Shown here: positions 35,872 through 36,607 of the stretch, one piece after another
Layout of the letters: every line of letters begins with the position of its first letter
How positions within the stretch are numbered: position 1 is the first letter of the stretch
IMG/VR virus record: IMGVR_UViG_3300006217_000229
DNA: 36,607 nucleotides
Reading direction: 5' to 3' (one strand)
Source of the DNA: a virus
Notes under the pieces: model-generated
The model's input: only the letters and a program-made list of their open reading frames with translations
The model's database searches: none
What the model was told of the DNA's origin: nothing
Program-made: the position numbers and the translations under genes

Positions 35872-36607
35872 ATGTATCTTACAAATCCGTATTATGAAGA
35901 AGCTTTAGATGATGAAAACAAAAAATTTCAAGCAAGAATAAAGCTAAGAGATAATACTTTGTATAACGCAAATATAAAAAACATTAAATATGATTTAGAT
36001 ATAAACCCAAATGATAAATTTATGTTAGGGGGTGTTTACGGAGCTTCTGTATCTGCTACACTTTTAAACTACGAAGGTGATTTGGATGGCATAAATTTTG
36101 AAAATGAGGAATTTATAATAGATCTAAAGATATTTATCAAGGATTTATATACCGTATCAGACCTTCATCATGAACTAGTGGAAATAGTAAATAGAGCAAA
36201 AATTAAAAAGATGACAAGTTTATGGATTCCACAAGGAAAGTTCTATGTTACAGAAATTAAGAAAAATGAAGATAGAACGATATCGATTAAGTTGATAGAT
36301 AAGACAAAGTATTTAGAAGATATTTACATTTGTACTTTAGAACCACCATTCACATTAAAACAGTTATATGATGATGTTCATAAGCAAGCACAGATAATAT
36401 CAGATACAAATTATTTCTACAATCAAGATAAGATAATAGATAAAGTACTTGAGCGGCTATACATATAAACAAATATTAGGGTTTATAGCAGAGTGTGCAA
36501 GTGGTTTTTATTTTATAAATAGATTAGGAAACGGAGAACTTAGGGAATATAGTTCAGAATGTTCAAAAATTATAAAAAAAGGAAAATATAAAGAATTTTT
36601 ACCGTCT
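35872..36607 (+). CDS. Minor tail/structural protein, N-terminal part (+1 shift at CGG 36454); continues at nt 4 of the window
   Basis: ...QDKIIDKVLE-GYTYKQILGFIAECASGFYFINRLGNGELREYSSECSKIIKKGKYKEFLPS joins in frame to ENYITIKKVKYYNGVLG at nt 32. Confidence 0.8.
36454..36457 (+). other. In-frame CGG +1 site (GAG CGGC)
   Basis: DKVLE-GYTYKQILGFIAECASGFYFINRLGNGEL after +1. Confidence 0.9.
36580..36607 (+). repeat. Terminal direct repeat, copy 2 (contig overlap)
   Basis: Same 28 nt as 4-31. Confidence 0.95.

Noticed and set aside
605-36457. CGG being reassigned to another single amino acid or acting as a stop
   Set aside because: A simple reassignment keeps the frame, and a stop would truncate polymerase, portal, TerS and the helicase. 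Here the homologous sequence continues in the +1 frame.
1-36607. The frameshifts as ordinary sequencing indels or pseudogenes
   Set aside because: They are not in homopolymers, the inserted base is always C, it always precedes a Gly codon in phase 0, and it occurs across otherwise intact essential genes. I could not inspect reads, so this remains a point to verify.
1-36607. CRISPR array, diversity-generating retroelement, transposon, retron or anti-phage island
   Set aside because: No regularly spaced repeats, reverse transcriptase, TR/VR pair or transposase was seen.

Overview
The window is a complete or near-complete temperate siphovirus-type genome (about 36.58 kb) from a low-GC, Clostridium/Peptostreptococcaceae-like host. 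It reads tail genes (crossing the contig ends), collar/fibre, holin-like, endolysin, a conversion region, attP plus tyrosine integrase, S24 repressor, early/replication genes (Cas4-like nuclease, DUF2815, family A polymerase, VapE-type primase-helicase, VRR-NUC, SNF2 helicase), TerS/TerL, portal, MuF-type head protein, scaffold, capsid, connectors, tail tube, chaperones, tape measure and tail. The last 28 nt repeat nt 4-31 and the spanning tail gene stays in frame across the join, so the molecule is probably circular or circularly permuted.

The standout observation is that at least 10 genes look frameshifted at 18 positions, and every break follows one rule. The last in-frame codon before the break is CGG, and the conserved protein resumes exactly one nucleotide later, so that NNN-CGG-N reads as NNN-(C)-GGN with glycine at that position. 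My hand scan found no in-frame CGG read through as Arg. About 65 out-of-frame CGG trinucleotides in the same genes (e.g. GAC GGA, GCG GAA) cause no shift, and I found no clear gene break without an in-frame CGG. A sequencing error cannot depend on reading frame. The pattern therefore suggests genome-wide +1 recoding at CGG, by quadruplet CGGN decoding or C-skipping, probably decoded as glycine and probably by a host-encoded decoder.

Other observations: a duplicated 78-79 bp hairpin that encloses the ribosome-binding sites of both the major capsid and major tail genes; paired integrase arm sites flanking an initiator-tRNA-derived attP core; two sporulation-related proteins (Spo0E-like and SpoVS-like); a possible MuF-ADP-ribosyltransferase fusion; a putative small RNA; and a candidate replication origin. 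All coordinates and scans were done by eye, so an automated recount is advisable.
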